Assembly: GCF_006345805.1 (NCBI RefSeq)
Contig: NC_043005.1
Location: 23,746,001 to 23,810,000 of the forward strand
Direction of reading: 5' to 3'
From: Octopus sinensis
Taxonomy: Eukaryota
DNA length: 64,000 nucleotides
Part shown: positions 11,756 through 27,189 of the stretch, piece after piece
How the letters are laid out: every line of letters begins with the position of its first letter
Position numbering within the stretch: the stretch's first letter is position 1
The notes under the pieces: generated by a model
Database searches by the model: none
The model's input: the letters and a program-made list of their open reading frames with translations, nothing else
What the model was told of the DNA's origin: nothing
Program-made: the position numbers and the translations under genes

Positions 11756-14700
11756 GTTGCTAATGAAATTACATACGTATATATCCAAATCAGCTATGGG
11801 GATCTATCTAGAGTGTATATAAAATTGATAATTTTACGATTTTTACTATTTTATTAAACAGATTGCCTTTATAGTCTGTTTTTCAACCTCTCATTTCACT
11901 TTCTCATTTATTAAACCCACTTCCTGTTTCATCTTTAAACATAAATACACATCATCGTCATATAGTGCCGCCAGGCAAACTTAGACAGCAATTTTCATTT
12001 TATCTTCGGATTATAACAATTATGATTTTAGAGAGCAAATCAAAATACTTTTACGTTTCCCTATTTTATAACTTTCATTGTTTCAGGGTTATTTTAATAA
12101 TTTTCCGTTTCTATTTCATGAAATTATTTCACTATTTCTTTATTTCTTTATTTATGTTTTTCTTATCAATCTTTCTTATAAATGGTAAAAGCTATTTCAC
12201 TTACGGTTTCATTTCCATTTCATATTTCTATAACTTTCGATGTATATTATTTTACTTCTTGTTTATCTTAACCTTTTCTACAAATGTTACAAAACTATTT
12301 CAGTTTATTTATTCCAATCTTCTTTATATATTTATTTAAGAAAAAATAAAATTTATGAGGATCTGGTAAGTGACTTGAATCTAAATGATTTCGTTATATA
12401 TTTAGATCATTCTTATAAATGCTTAAAAGATATTTCAATGACTTTTCCAGTTCACGTCTTTCTTGGAAATGTTAAAAATAATACTTTATGTACATCATTT
12501 GTTAAGGGAACATTGGCTGCGACGAATGGTCACATTCAGGCTTTGCGGTTGTATGTGGTTGACAAGCTGAATCGAAAGTGTCAAAAGTGGAATTATTTCC
12601 GCGAAAAGTAGAATTGCTATTAGTAGTATTGCATAATAATTAGTATTAAAATAAATTTACAATTTGAACCCACACAGAGCGTCAAAGCAACAAAACTTAC
12701 TGAAATAATTTTATATTGAATCAGAACAATTAATATTTATGCCAACTTGAAAAATAAATTAAAGTGCCAGTTCAAAAGCTATAATCTTTCTTTGGCATTT
12801 GTTATTGCAGCTCTTATAGCTGACACAGCTGCAGGTCAATTAGATCGCATTATTAATAAAATAGATAATTAAATACTTCAGAAAATTTATCGAAGGATGG
12901 ATGCTAGTTCGTTTGTTGCTGCGATGGAAAACTATTGCTATCTCTTCTCACTTCTCCATCACCAGTGTTGCCAAATAGTTTGTAGTTACACACTAAAGAA
13001 AGAGGTGCCCACGAAACATCGGAACCTACAATGATGCTGTTCCTTTGGTGGTAACCCCGACAATCACCTGGTACACAGAGCTCACCCCCACTCTCTCTCT
13101 CCCCACTAAATTCTACTCCTCTTGTATAGTAATAATGGGTGACGGCTTGGACAGAAGAATATAGCAAACGCACTCTGATTGCAATAAATTTCTATAAATA
13201 TTGTTCCAGAGGCTACAGGTTGAAATCAATGTTGCCAGAAAGCGTCAGCGATTGATGCAGCAGTAAGCATTCGATGTGCAAATGAAGATCCCAAGGCTCC
13301 GACCTCGCAACATCGCATAAATTATGCTTTAAGTTCGACTTCCTCGACAATCATGATGATGATGGTGATGATGATGAGTAACATGTGTAACACAGAGGCA
13401 TAGAGGAAGCAGCATTTACTCACTTAACCCACAGCTTCAAAACAAAATTCCTGCAGTGTTGACATCTTGAAATTGTGGGGTATGATGGAACGCAGGCTGA
13501 CCGAAGACATCATGTACCAGAACAACGAGACGGATATAACAGCTTAAGATTTAGAAACAGCTTGAGCTCGATTGATTGAATCTATATTATAACTTTATGC
13601 TGCAAAGGCCAGGCATTGCTGCTTTGTTAGATAGTACACGTGGAAGCAAATATAGAACAAGTGCTTCCGATATTGAGTCCTGCACAGTAGTCGGTCTTCG
13701 GAAAGTGTTCTCAGTTTAAGAAATAAAAAAAGGCTTAAATACCAGTGAAGGTACCGGTAAGCGATACGTCATCAACATACGACTTGAAAAAAGATTGCTT
13801 TTGTCCCAGAAACGTTGGAACTTCAGCCGTCATTCTGAATTATATTTCCAACGCAAAGTTCCTCTGAACGTAACTGCCGAACGGAAATGTTGGTCCGCAA
13901 GTTTATGCTGCACAAGCATATCATACGAAAGATCAAACGTTCTTATCTGCTATGATAAATTATTTTATCACTGGCTTGCTTAATTAATATTGCTGTGAAT
14001 CTAAACGACGTTAAAAATCATAAAATCACCAAGAAGAAGAAGAACAACAGCGCTACCAATAACAACAGAATTAGCTACAGCAGTAACAGCAGCCATAAAA
14101 CAACTGAATATCACACTGGAAAATTTAGTTCTCAAGTATCATTACCCAAATAAACATGTCCAATACAATCCCGTCTGCCATTGCTCTTGAATTTGCTCAT
14201 ATTTGAAGACGCTACTTGAACATGGGTCAAAAATTGCTAACAGTAGAATCTTATTCTTCGTTATTGATTTAAATATAAATGGGGCTGCTCAAAAGAATAT
14301 GATAATGCAATGATTAAAATAACGATTTTCCTTAACACATGCAAGAGGCCATACATTTGGTTTCGAGGCAGAATAGCCGATGAGATAGACTCATGGACTG
14401 CTTTAATATACTCTTTAGTTTATTTTATATTTTGTGAACAATACAATTATTGGGTATAGGTTTTCATCAGGTCAATGCATAGTTCAGAAAATTTACAGCG
14501 GCGAAAATGACAAGGAATAGTATGAGCAATGTGATTTGAATAAATAGCAAAGGAGAAAGTTTTTGTCCCAGTATATCGATGAAAAGAGCCTTTTCACTTA
14601 CTTAATCGATGTTTAGATCTTCCGGCTTTGTTATGTAGTTAGGTAGGAGTAAGATACAACCACACATATACAGAGATACACCACACGAAAACATGCATAC

Positions 14701-15095
14701 TCGAACACACGAACACACACACACACACGCACACACACACACACGCACACACACACACATGTTCAGAAACTATACACTTATGTATGTGTATCCGGAGAGA
14801 GAGAAAGAGAGATGTGAATGTGTACGCATGTGGGCGTTTGTGTTAAGAATGTTAAGTTATGAAATTAGAATACAAGAAACCTTTAGCGAAGAAAGTACTC
14901 AATACCGGATATATATAGTCAAATAGATATTGTGTAAGCATATGCATAGATACACACACACATATACATACATATATATATATATATATGCATATACATA
15001 TATATACACATACATGCATAGATACACACACATATACATACATATATATATATGCACATACATATATATACGCATACACACATACATACATACAT

Positions 15096-15645
15096 AGTGG
15101 CTGCCCCCTCGTTATCGAGTATGGCCATTGCACGAAGCTTAATCAATGTTGTTATCGTGCAATGCCTGTGCAAGAAGATTTTTTTAAAGTTAGGAAAGGC
15201 TGTGCACTGAGTCAATCCCACTCACTAAGCAACAGCAGCCATAATCTGAAAAGAAGAACAAGTCAACATCATCGGTTACCACTGAGCCGCAGGTTTTATG
15301 TCGGAATTATCCCAGTTACCTGAGTTACCTTCTCCTAGAAGGATGCCTTAACAAAGGCTAGGAGTCCTTCACTCCCAATGGTTTAACCGCGCGATCGGGC
15401 ATTCAGTCCGATTATTTCTGTTTCTGCGCATGATACAGCCTTAAGACATTTATTGGATGGCCGTTGACTCTCAAGAGTTCCTCCGCCCTTTGACGAGTTT
15501 TGTTTTTCATCCCGCAGGGTGTCCAATAAACACCCTCCTCACCAAGCAAGCTTGGTGGGGTTGCCGGTTTAGTCGCCGACGACCCGACCATGCAACAGGT
15601 TGTACTGGGTTACATGTTACCAGTAGCACTCGAAAGTGACCTGAC
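15096..15645 (-). mobile_element. GC-richer non-coding interspersed repeat, possibly derived from an RTE 5' UTR
   Basis: About 550 bp flanked by (CATA)n on both sides. The minus strand contains CTTCTAGGAGAAGGTAACTC..AAAACC, which resembles RTE 5' UTR motifs as I recall them. No ORF. Confidence 0.3.
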
Positions 15646-15699
15646 ATAACATACATACATACATACATATATGATATATGTATATAATTTCTTTTTATT

Positions 15700-15890
15700 T
15701 TTTACCTATTTCAGTCATTTGACTGTGGTAATGCTGGAGCACCGCCTTGAGGAGTTTTAGTCGAAGAAATCGACCCCAGGACAAGTTCTTTGTAAGCCTA
15801 GTACTTATTCTATCGAGCTCTTCCGCCGAACCTCTAGTTTACGGGGAACATCGGTTGACCAGTGATGGTGGAGGGACAAACACAGACACA
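15700..15890 (-). mobile_element. SINE family Y, 3' half
   Basis: Reverse complement of the 3' part of the 51657-52065 copy (ATGCTGGAGCACCGCC, GTACTTATTCTATC). Confidence 0.75.
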
Positions 15891-15960
15891 AATACATACA
15901 CATGAATACATAATTACACACACACTCACATAAACACACACATATATATATATATACAAC

Positions 15961-16130
15961 GTCGCAGGCATGGTTGTATGGTAAGAGGCTTGTTTCCCTA
16001 TCACATGATTCCGGGTTCAGTCCTACAGCGTGGCAACTTGGGCAAGTGTCTTCTACTATAGCCTCAGTCCGACCATAGCCTTGTCAGAGAATTGTGAATT
16101 TAGTAGACGGAAATTGAAAGAAGCTTGCCG
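15961..16130 (+). mobile_element. SINE family Y, tRNA-like head and core
   Basis: A-box-like TGGTTGTATGG, B-box GGTTCAGTCC and core TTGGGCAAGTGTCTTCTACTATAGCC. Confidence 0.8.
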
Positions 16131-16585
16131 TATATATATATATATATAGATATATATATATATATATATATTATAATATATATATATATAATATATATTA
16201 TATTATATATATATATATATATATATATTTACAAAAATAAATTTACAACCCAGGTATTAAGGTTTTAAATATTGAACTTTATATCTTTAACTTTTACATT
16301 ATCAAAGCAAAGGATTAAATCCAATAAAACCAAAACTAACTAAACTACCAACACATCCTGTGCCTACCTAACAAATGGCACAGACCTAAACATGCATACT
16401 TTCTTGCATGAATAAATTCTAAACAATAACATAACCTCAAAGTTAATCAATAAAAAGTTCTCCAGAACACTTCTCCAAAACAACCAACACTAAAACCTAA
16501 TTATCACGCCACTCCAGCCCACACACCCCAAAAAGACTTTAACCCAACAAAGACGATATCAAACCACGATTAAATCTAATGACTC

Positions 16586-16630
16586 GCAGTCTGACGATGG
16601 CTTAACTGGCCGAAATTTCGAGGTCACTGT
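16586..16630 (+). ncRNA. Minimal type I hammerhead ribozyme motif
   Basis: Stem I GCAGT/ACTGT, core CTGACGA (+1 T), stem II GGCT/GGCC, GAAA, self-complementary stem III ATTTCGAGGT, GTC cleavage triplet at 16623-16625. Confidence 0.6.
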
Positions 16631-16653
16631 CAATAATATTCTTGTTCAAGAAT

Positions 16654-16712
<59 letters not shown>

Positions 16713-16882
16713 ACACACATATACATACATATACATGTTCATATATATATATGGATGAATATGGCAATGATATAAGTATATGCATATCAGTCCTCTCTCT
16801 TATTGTATTTCGGGATGGTGTGTCTCAACACACGATTTCAAATTAAGAATCTTGCAAAACGAATTGATAAACGTATATTAAG

Positions 16883-16920
<38 letters not shown>

Positions 16921-16953
16921 TATATATATTATATATATATATATCTATTATGC

Positions 16954-16999
<46 letters not shown>

Positions 17000-17270
17000 C
17001 ATATATACATATATACACACACCCACACACACACACACTACACACACACACACACACCCACACACCCACCACACACATATATATATATATATAATATATA
17101 TAACTGAAAGAAAATGAAATGAGTGACATTCTTATTTTCAAATCACCTCAAATGTTTCGACACATTTATACATCCATAGTATATTATCGTCCATCGAAGG
17201 TGCAAAATGTGCCTCCTCAGGTAGTTTTTGACGTTCAATATGTAGCCGACAATAGTGGACGTGCTTTGCG

Positions 17271-17350
<80 letters not shown>
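17271..17350. repeat. (TATC)n tract immediately 5' of Tx1-like copy 1
   Basis: Direct reading. Confidence 0.95.
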
Positions 17351-20135
17351 GACAGACGTGTTGTCACATCGACTCCGAAGGTAATAGTTTAATTTGACTA
17401 TTTATAGCCCATATTTTATGTACATTTTTGTAAATAAGGTGTGTAAGGCACCCAACTTTCGTTTGAGTGCTTTTCCAAGGTAGGAATTTGCCCCTAGTGG
17501 CAGTTTCAACCCTTTTTAATTTGTGTATTTTTCTTCTCGACATTTTTTAATGTCGAGAAATTTTATTGTAGAACGCTGGTCGCGTTCCTTTATGGACCAG
17601 CATTTTCCTAGACTTGAAACGCTAGGAGAAAAAAAAAGAACTTATGCACGCACACACATTCGACAAAGACAAACCTGAGTGGCGTGGTAGTGAATGCTGC
17701 AACCACTTGCGGTAACAACCCTGTCACCACCACCACCACCAATAACAACAACAACAACGAGACTACTACTGCTACCACCACCACCTCCACCACCACCACC
17801 ACCACAACGACCAACATAAATGATAAAAATGAAACTCACGCGAATACTATTAACAAAAACAACAACAACAAGAACAACAACAAAAATGAAATAAATATTT
17901 TACCATCTAATAGTGAAGTTATTAATATAACAGAATCAACAGCACCTGTAAAAGCCACGTACAAGAATATTTCGGATACAACAACAACAAAAACACACAA
18001 CGACAACAACTGCCTGAATATAACGGTAAATTTTGCTGACGCCAGGGCAGTCCTTTCAAACGCGTCCACCACACACATTCTTTCGCCATAGCTTCAAATC
18101 ACTCAAGAAGCAATAAATAATTTACCAACCAGTGTTCAACTGACAAAAGACCAAAAATTGTATGTAGTGGTGGAGGGCAGGAGGCCAAGATGCTATTTGT
18201 GCAACAGTGAGGCACACCTCAGATATGATTGCCCAACTGCTGCCAGAAATAGGCAACAGCAACAGCAACCACTCCCAAAACCTGGAAGAAAACCCTTGCT
18301 ACCCACACCACCTTCAACGCAAAAGACAGGACAAACAGCAGACGACGCAAAAACTGTTTCCCCCTCACCAACCACATTACCAAGAAGAGAAACAAAACCA
18401 TCACAATTACCTTCGACATCGCAACCAACTAGAGAAACAACACCACCACCAACATCAAAATGTAGACCAACACCAACACCAGCACCAAGAACAACAACCA
18501 AGAAAACAAATAACAATGACGAAAAGACAAATTCTGCCCCTAATACCTCAACAACACAAACACCACACAAAACAACAACACCTTCTACAAACACACATAT
18601 AGATGCAAACGCTTTGCCTTTACCCTCTTCTGATTCGTCAGACTTTTCGTCTAACGACGAAAGTTCGACAGAATGGCAAATAGCCACAGGGGGTAAAAGG
18701 AAAAGACCCCCCAAAACCACGAAGCAAGCAAATGCAGGTAAAGCAGGGAGATATATAACTCCTGACACTCCCTTACACATACAAACCCACAACGACACCG
18801 CAAAAACACACAAACAACTAACAGCAATAGACACAGAAAATACAAAACTAATGAACCACATCGCATCTAACACAAAAATTTGTGAAGATGACTATAAACT
18901 GCACAACCATCCACGCACAACACCACCGAGACACATAAAAATAGTACACGTCACACAAATGCAGCACCACATACTCAAAACCCTCTTTCCAAATGCAGTC
19001 GGTGGGTACCAGAAGTATTTATCAAAAAACTTTTTAAGAACCTCCTCAAAGACATCCCAAAAGAGGAGGAAACTACTCAAACTTTAGAAACAAGTAAGTA
19101 ACCTTCCCTCTCGTCTCTTTCACTGATGTGTGTGAAACACAAATTTTCGACCATTAATTATGCTTAAATTAGGTTGTGTGAATGTGCGTGGCTTGGCGTC
19201 GACTTGGAAGCAAGGTTACCTTCTAAATGACATCAAGTCACTGAACGTTGATATAGTAGCTATCAGTGAAACCAGACTCAGTAAGCCGCGGGCCCTCGCG
19301 TCCCTGTTTGGCGGTCAATTCGACATTTATTTTTTTCCCTGTCTGCCAAACATGGGTGGTGGTGGTACCGCGGTGCTTTTTCGAAAGAGTCTAAATGTAA
19401 AAGTAAGATCAATATCCCTAGACCCGTTCTGCACGCACTCGTGCAGTGTCCAGATATTTCAGAGCTGTGGACCTTCGTCGAACAGCTGGTGTCGCGTGTG
19501 GGACGGGCCCGCTTATCAGCCGAGTCTATCGTGAATATTGTTCCGCCACCTTCCTTTAAACGGCAAGGAAAAACGTTTCTCGTAACACTGATAGCCATGG
19601 CGAAAGAATGCGTGTGGTGGACGCGTTTGAACGGCCTACAAACAAACACTTTCTTCTCTGGTCAGTCTCTCGTCAACTTTTTCAAGTACCACTTGAAAAG
19701 GAGGATGAGAATAGAGGGGAAAGTATTGTCGAATGAAAGATTCAATAAAAAATGGGTAAATGTGGCAAGAATGGTCAGTATAAAAGACGACACCATTTTA
19801 AGCATGAATCTGTAACAAAAAGAAAACGAGAGGAAAGGTTCTTACTCCTATGGACATTTTGAACTGCCTGAGGTGACCTTGGTCGTTTATGTAGGTTTTT
19901 CTTTCCAAGGCTACACCTAAACTGTAAACAATATCGTTTCCAACCCCCTTTTTTTGGAACTTTATATATATATATATATATGTCTTTCCTTTTTTGTACA
20001 TAACGCAGCCCAACGATACTTATTGATCGGACTTTTTCTTTTATGTCTCCCACCCATCCCACCTCGGAAAGAAAAACTCTACATTGTATTTCGTCTATTT
20101 TCTGTGTTTAGCCCTGTGTGGCCATAATAAAAACA
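17351..20135 (+). mobile_element. Tx1-like LINE copy 1: both ends intact, ORF2 internally deleted
   Basis: The 5' UTR matches 26878 onward. ORF1 remnant has a CX2CX4HX4C knuckle (CYLCNSEAHLRYDC). The ORF2 start (MLKLGCVNVRGL) is joined at 19424-19426 to the C-terminal LHALVQC segment. The 3' UTR ends AATAAAAACA|TATCT. Confidence 0.88.
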
Positions 20136-20234
<99 letters not shown>

Positions 20235-20775
20235 ATATTCGCAGTCCTAGTTTATATAATGTAGTGTCTTCGCCTTTTCTTGAAGCGGCAGGATGTTGTT
20301 TTGGAGTAGATTTGCTTCTTGATTCTAGCAATCCAATAGATCACGTAGAGACTCCGCTTATTCAAATGTGTATGATTTATTACATCCTCTTAGCAAGAAT
20401 ACATTGGAGAAGTTTTGTGGTGTGTAGCTATATCAGATTAATGTAGCTGTATTTTCCCGTTACTTGCACCGTCACAACATTAATCAATTGCAAGCACCTG
20501 TTCCATATATTCGTTCAGTTTTTTCACCAAGAGCGTAATAGTCATATATACTACTCTTCTACAGTGTCGACAAGTTATAGTCAGTGAATTTTCACCCTCA
20601 TTTGACCACATTTCACTTCATAAATGCCGACCTTCTGTAGAAAGTCCATATAGAAATGCAGGCATGAGCTTGTTTAAGAGGCTCGCTTTGCAGCCATCTC
20701 GTTTCCATTTCGGTGCGTTGGGCTAATGCCTTCTACATAGCCTTGGGCTCACCGATACCTTGTGGAGGCCTGTCG

Positions 20776-23192
<2,417 letters not shown>

Positions 23193-23335
23193 TTTTTTTT
23201 TGCTTTGCTCTTTCTTTTCTTTTACGATCCCTTTTGATCGAAAACCAAACCCCCTTTTTATATCCCCAAAAAGAAAAGCTCTACCTTGTAATTTTCCCCT
23301 TCTGTATGCAGCCCTGTGTGGCTAATAAAGAAACA
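23193..23335 (+). mobile_element. Tx1-like LINE copy 3: 3' terminal ~145 bp only
   Basis: Matches the distal 3' UTR of the other copies and has (TATC)n on both sides. Confidence 0.8.
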
Positions 23336-23361
23336 TATCTATCTATCTATCTATCTATCTA

Positions 23362-23450
<89 letters not shown>

Positions 23451-23455
23451 GTCTG

Positions 23456-23534
<79 letters not shown>

Positions 23535-26500
23535 GGAATGCAACCTTGGACACGCATCTACACTATGTGGGGAGAGACAAAAACAGAAGGGGATGCAAAT
23601 GCCTCAGAGACCTGCTCAGACGATTCCAACTGTCTGACAGGTACCGACTCGACCACCCAAATGCACCAACGTGGACATGGAGCAACCGCAGTGGGTCGTC
23701 GAGATCGTATCTAGATAGGATACTGTGTAGGACAGTAAACAGGGAGAGCTTAGGATGTCCACAATTCCACACAGTCAGCTACACGGATCACAAATTCGTG
23801 ACGTGTACGCTAGACTTTTATAAGGCACATAGACAGGGCACTGGTTACTGGAAACTGAACGCATCATTCCCGTCCAGACAAGTTTTCAGAGACAGAATCA
23901 ACACGTTAGTAAAAAGGTCTTTAACGGGAGCCATTGTCAACAACAAATGGTGGTTCGCCCTCAAGAGCGCAGTAAAAGCGGAAGCAATTAGATATAGCAA
24001 GGCACTAGCCGTAGATAGAAATAGAGTAGAGGGTGAGTAGTTAAGAAGTTAGAAGAGGCAATAAGAAGCGGCATCACATCCGACGTTTTAGCGGCGAGTT
24101 GGCCCTTGACCAACACTTCAACGCCAAACACGAAGGGTGTGCTGTCAGGGCTAGGATGCGTGCTCTAAGGATGGAAGGTGTTGGAGCCGCGAGGGAGGCC
24201 TGGGTGGCGGAGGCGCAGCAGGGCAACAAAGCCACCATTCGGTCTCTGGTAGATGAACAAGAGCGTGAATTGCTCGAGCCCAGCAAGATATGCGAGACAT
24301 TTCAGCGGCACTTTGCCAGACTGTGCGGGACGAGTGATGAGCGTGAACGCAGGGTGGACTTCAGTGCCTATCTGCACAGCCTACCACGACTCTCGGCAAG
24401 AGAGGCAGAGTGCTGCGAAGGTGCCATCACGGCGGCGGATGGGCGGGACGCGATGGCAGAATGCTCGAGAGACAAATCGCCGGGTTTGGATGGTCTACCC
24501 TACGAGTTTTACAATTGTATGCCAGACTTGTTTGGAGACGTCTTGGCAGCGGTATACTGCAACTGGCAGCAAAACGGGAGCATACCCGGTTTTGTGAGTC
24601 GAGGAGCCGTAACGCTGCTGAAGAAAGATCCAAACAAGGGGAACATTATAGATAACTTTAGACCAATCACTCTGTTCAATGCAGACCTGAAAATTTTGAC
24701 AAAGGTGTTAGCCAAGAGGTTGGCGCTTGTCATCGAGAAACTGGTCGACAACGCACAATCGTGCGCCGTGCCGGGCCGGAGCATCCATGACAACCTCCAT
24801 TTGATGCGCTACATCATAGACAGAGTAGTTAAGGAACCTGGCATGGGTGGGGCCCTGATCAATTTGGATCAATCGAAAGCCTTCGATAGGGTAGACCATC
24901 GATACTTGGAGGCAGTCCTGAGAGCGGCTGGTTTCGGTCCCGTCTTCCGCGGCTGGATAGCTGCCTTGTACAGAGGTATCCGTTCGGTAATTCGCGTAAA
25001 TGGACGTCTATCGAGACCTTTCGACATTGCACGTTCGGTCCATCAGGGATGCCCCCTCTCGGCGCGTCTATACGTATTGACTCTTGAGCCACTACTGCGG
25101 AAGCTGGCGACTCTGAGGGGCATCCCGCGGGAATTGGGATGCGGAACGAGCGTGTCTGCATACGCGGACGACGTCACCGTCATAGTGTCCAGCCACGAGC
25201 ACATCAAGCTGGTCGGCGAGACACTGAAAGACTACGAAGCGGTGACAGGACCTAAAATCAACCGGGAAAAGTCAGTGGGCTTGCGGCTCGGCACCCGGAG
25301 AAGTAAGCCCATGCCGTCCACCAGCGCCTCCGTTGTGGGACGCTGAACAGACGGCCCGGTCGAGTTGCTCGGGGTCTGGTTCGGTCCGACCTCCAAATGG
25401 AGAAGAACTGGAACGAGATAACGAGTAGGGTGGTCACTCTCGCCCGGCAAAGGGCCGAGAGGAAACTGTCCCTAAAAGGTCGGGCAGAGGTGGCGAACAC
25501 GTACATCGCGTCCATCATCTACTACCGCTTGACCGTCGCACCTTGTCCCGACCCTACCATCACCAAACTAGAACGCATTCTCTTCCGCTTCTTGTGGAAA
25601 GGATGCGTCCCGATGGTCAGGCGATACATTTGCTGTCAACACCCGTTAAAAGGAGGGCTGGGTATGCCGTGGTTGATGATGCGCAGACACGCGCTGAGAC
25701 TGCGACATCTCAGGCTCTATGTAGACGACGGTGAACAGGTGTGGTCGCCGTTTGTGAGGCAAGCCTTCCCGCAGCTCGTCTCCTTGACCGAACTGCAGTC
25801 GTGGATCAAAAAGAGGCCGAGGAAGGCGAATGGCACCGCGAGTGTTACGTTGCTCTCAAGCAACTCTGCCGTCCCGGGTCGACCTTGAGTGAAATCAACA
25901 CAACCAAAGCATTCTATAGTGGATTAGTGGATGGGAGGTACGACGACGATCTTGGGGCGAACCTGGGCGTCGACGCGGAATACCTGACCCGCCTGTTTGA
26001 AACGACTTTCGGGCCGGGACCTATGGACAACTTCCAGAGATCCCTGGCCTGGCGGGGCTACCAAGAAGCGCTACCCGTTCGGGATAAGCTCTATAGGCAT
26101 GGCTCGAGAAACACGGGGCCGACCTGCCCGAGATGCGGTTAGAGTGACGAAACCGCTCTGCACGCACTCGTGCAGTGTCCAACAATTTCCGACCTGTGGG
26201 CTTATGTCGAACGACTGCTGTCACGTGTGGGACGTGTCGGTTTATCAGCCGAGTCCATCGTTAATATCGTCACGCCTCCTGAAAGGATTAGAGACAAACA
26301 CTTTCCTCTCTGGTCAATCTCTCATCAACTTCTTCAAGTATCACTTGAAGAGGAAAGTGAGAGTAGAGAGGAAAGTTTTGTCTAGTGAATGTTTTAAAAA
26401 AAAGATGGGTGAATGTAGCAAGGATGGCACGTTAGAATGACGAAGCCACCTTGACTATGATTCTATGAACCGTAAAAATTAATACAGAGAGTTGCTTATT

Positions 26501-26781
26501 TGCAAAAAAAAGAAATATAACATGTGACTTCATTGACCGAGGTTACCGTGGTCTTTTCCGTAGGCTTTTCTTTCCACGGGTAAACCTCACCTCTTCTCCC
26601 CTTTTATTGACATTTCTGTGATAACGATCCCTATTGATCAAATTTTTACTCCCCCCCCTTTTTTTAAAATTTTATTTTATACCCCCCTTTTTTTTGTCCT
26701 CTTTCTTTCCATTTACCAAACCCCCTTCCTTTGTAATTTTGTCCTGTCTATGTGCAGCCCTGTGTGGCTAATAAAGAAACA
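23535..26781 (+). mobile_element. Tx1-like LINE copy 4, 5'-truncated within the endonuclease
   Basis: APE C-half (SRSYLDR, YTDHKF, GYWKLN), RT and the CX2CX8HX4C region are present. Ends AATAAAGAAACA|TATCT. Confidence 0.9.
24099..25346 (+). pseudogene. Longest intact RT segment of Tx1-like ORF2
   Basis: 415-aa ORF with SPGLDGL, NFRPITL, LDQSKAFDRV, QGCPLS and YADD. Stops or frameshifts lie on both sides. Confidence 0.88.
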
Positions 26782-26877
<96 letters not shown>

Positions 26878-27189
26878 GACGGACGTGCTGTCACTCCGAC
26901 TCCAAAGGTAATCGCTTATTTTGACTATTTATAGCCCATATTTTGTGTACATTTTTGTAAATAAGGTGTGTAAGGCACCCAACTTACGTTTGAGTGCTTT
27001 TCCAAGGGAGGAATTCGCCCCTAGGGGCAGTTTCAACCCTATTTAATTATTGTAATTTCTTTCTCGACATTTTGAAAATGTCAAGAAATTGTATTGTAGA
27101 ACGATGGTCGCGTTCCTTTATCGACCAGCTTTCTCCTAGACTGGAAACGCTAGGAGAAAAAAAATTTATGCGCGCAAAGTAAAATCATC

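Noticed and set aside
12904-13173. 89-aa minus-strand ORF in GC-richer unique sequence
   Set aside because: No recognisable motif and no clear splice boundaries.
13420-13545. Peptide ..ILKLWGMMERRL.. resembling the Tc1 IENLW..MKRRL motif
   Set aside because: The preceding SPDLNP motif is absent and there is no other transposase evidence.
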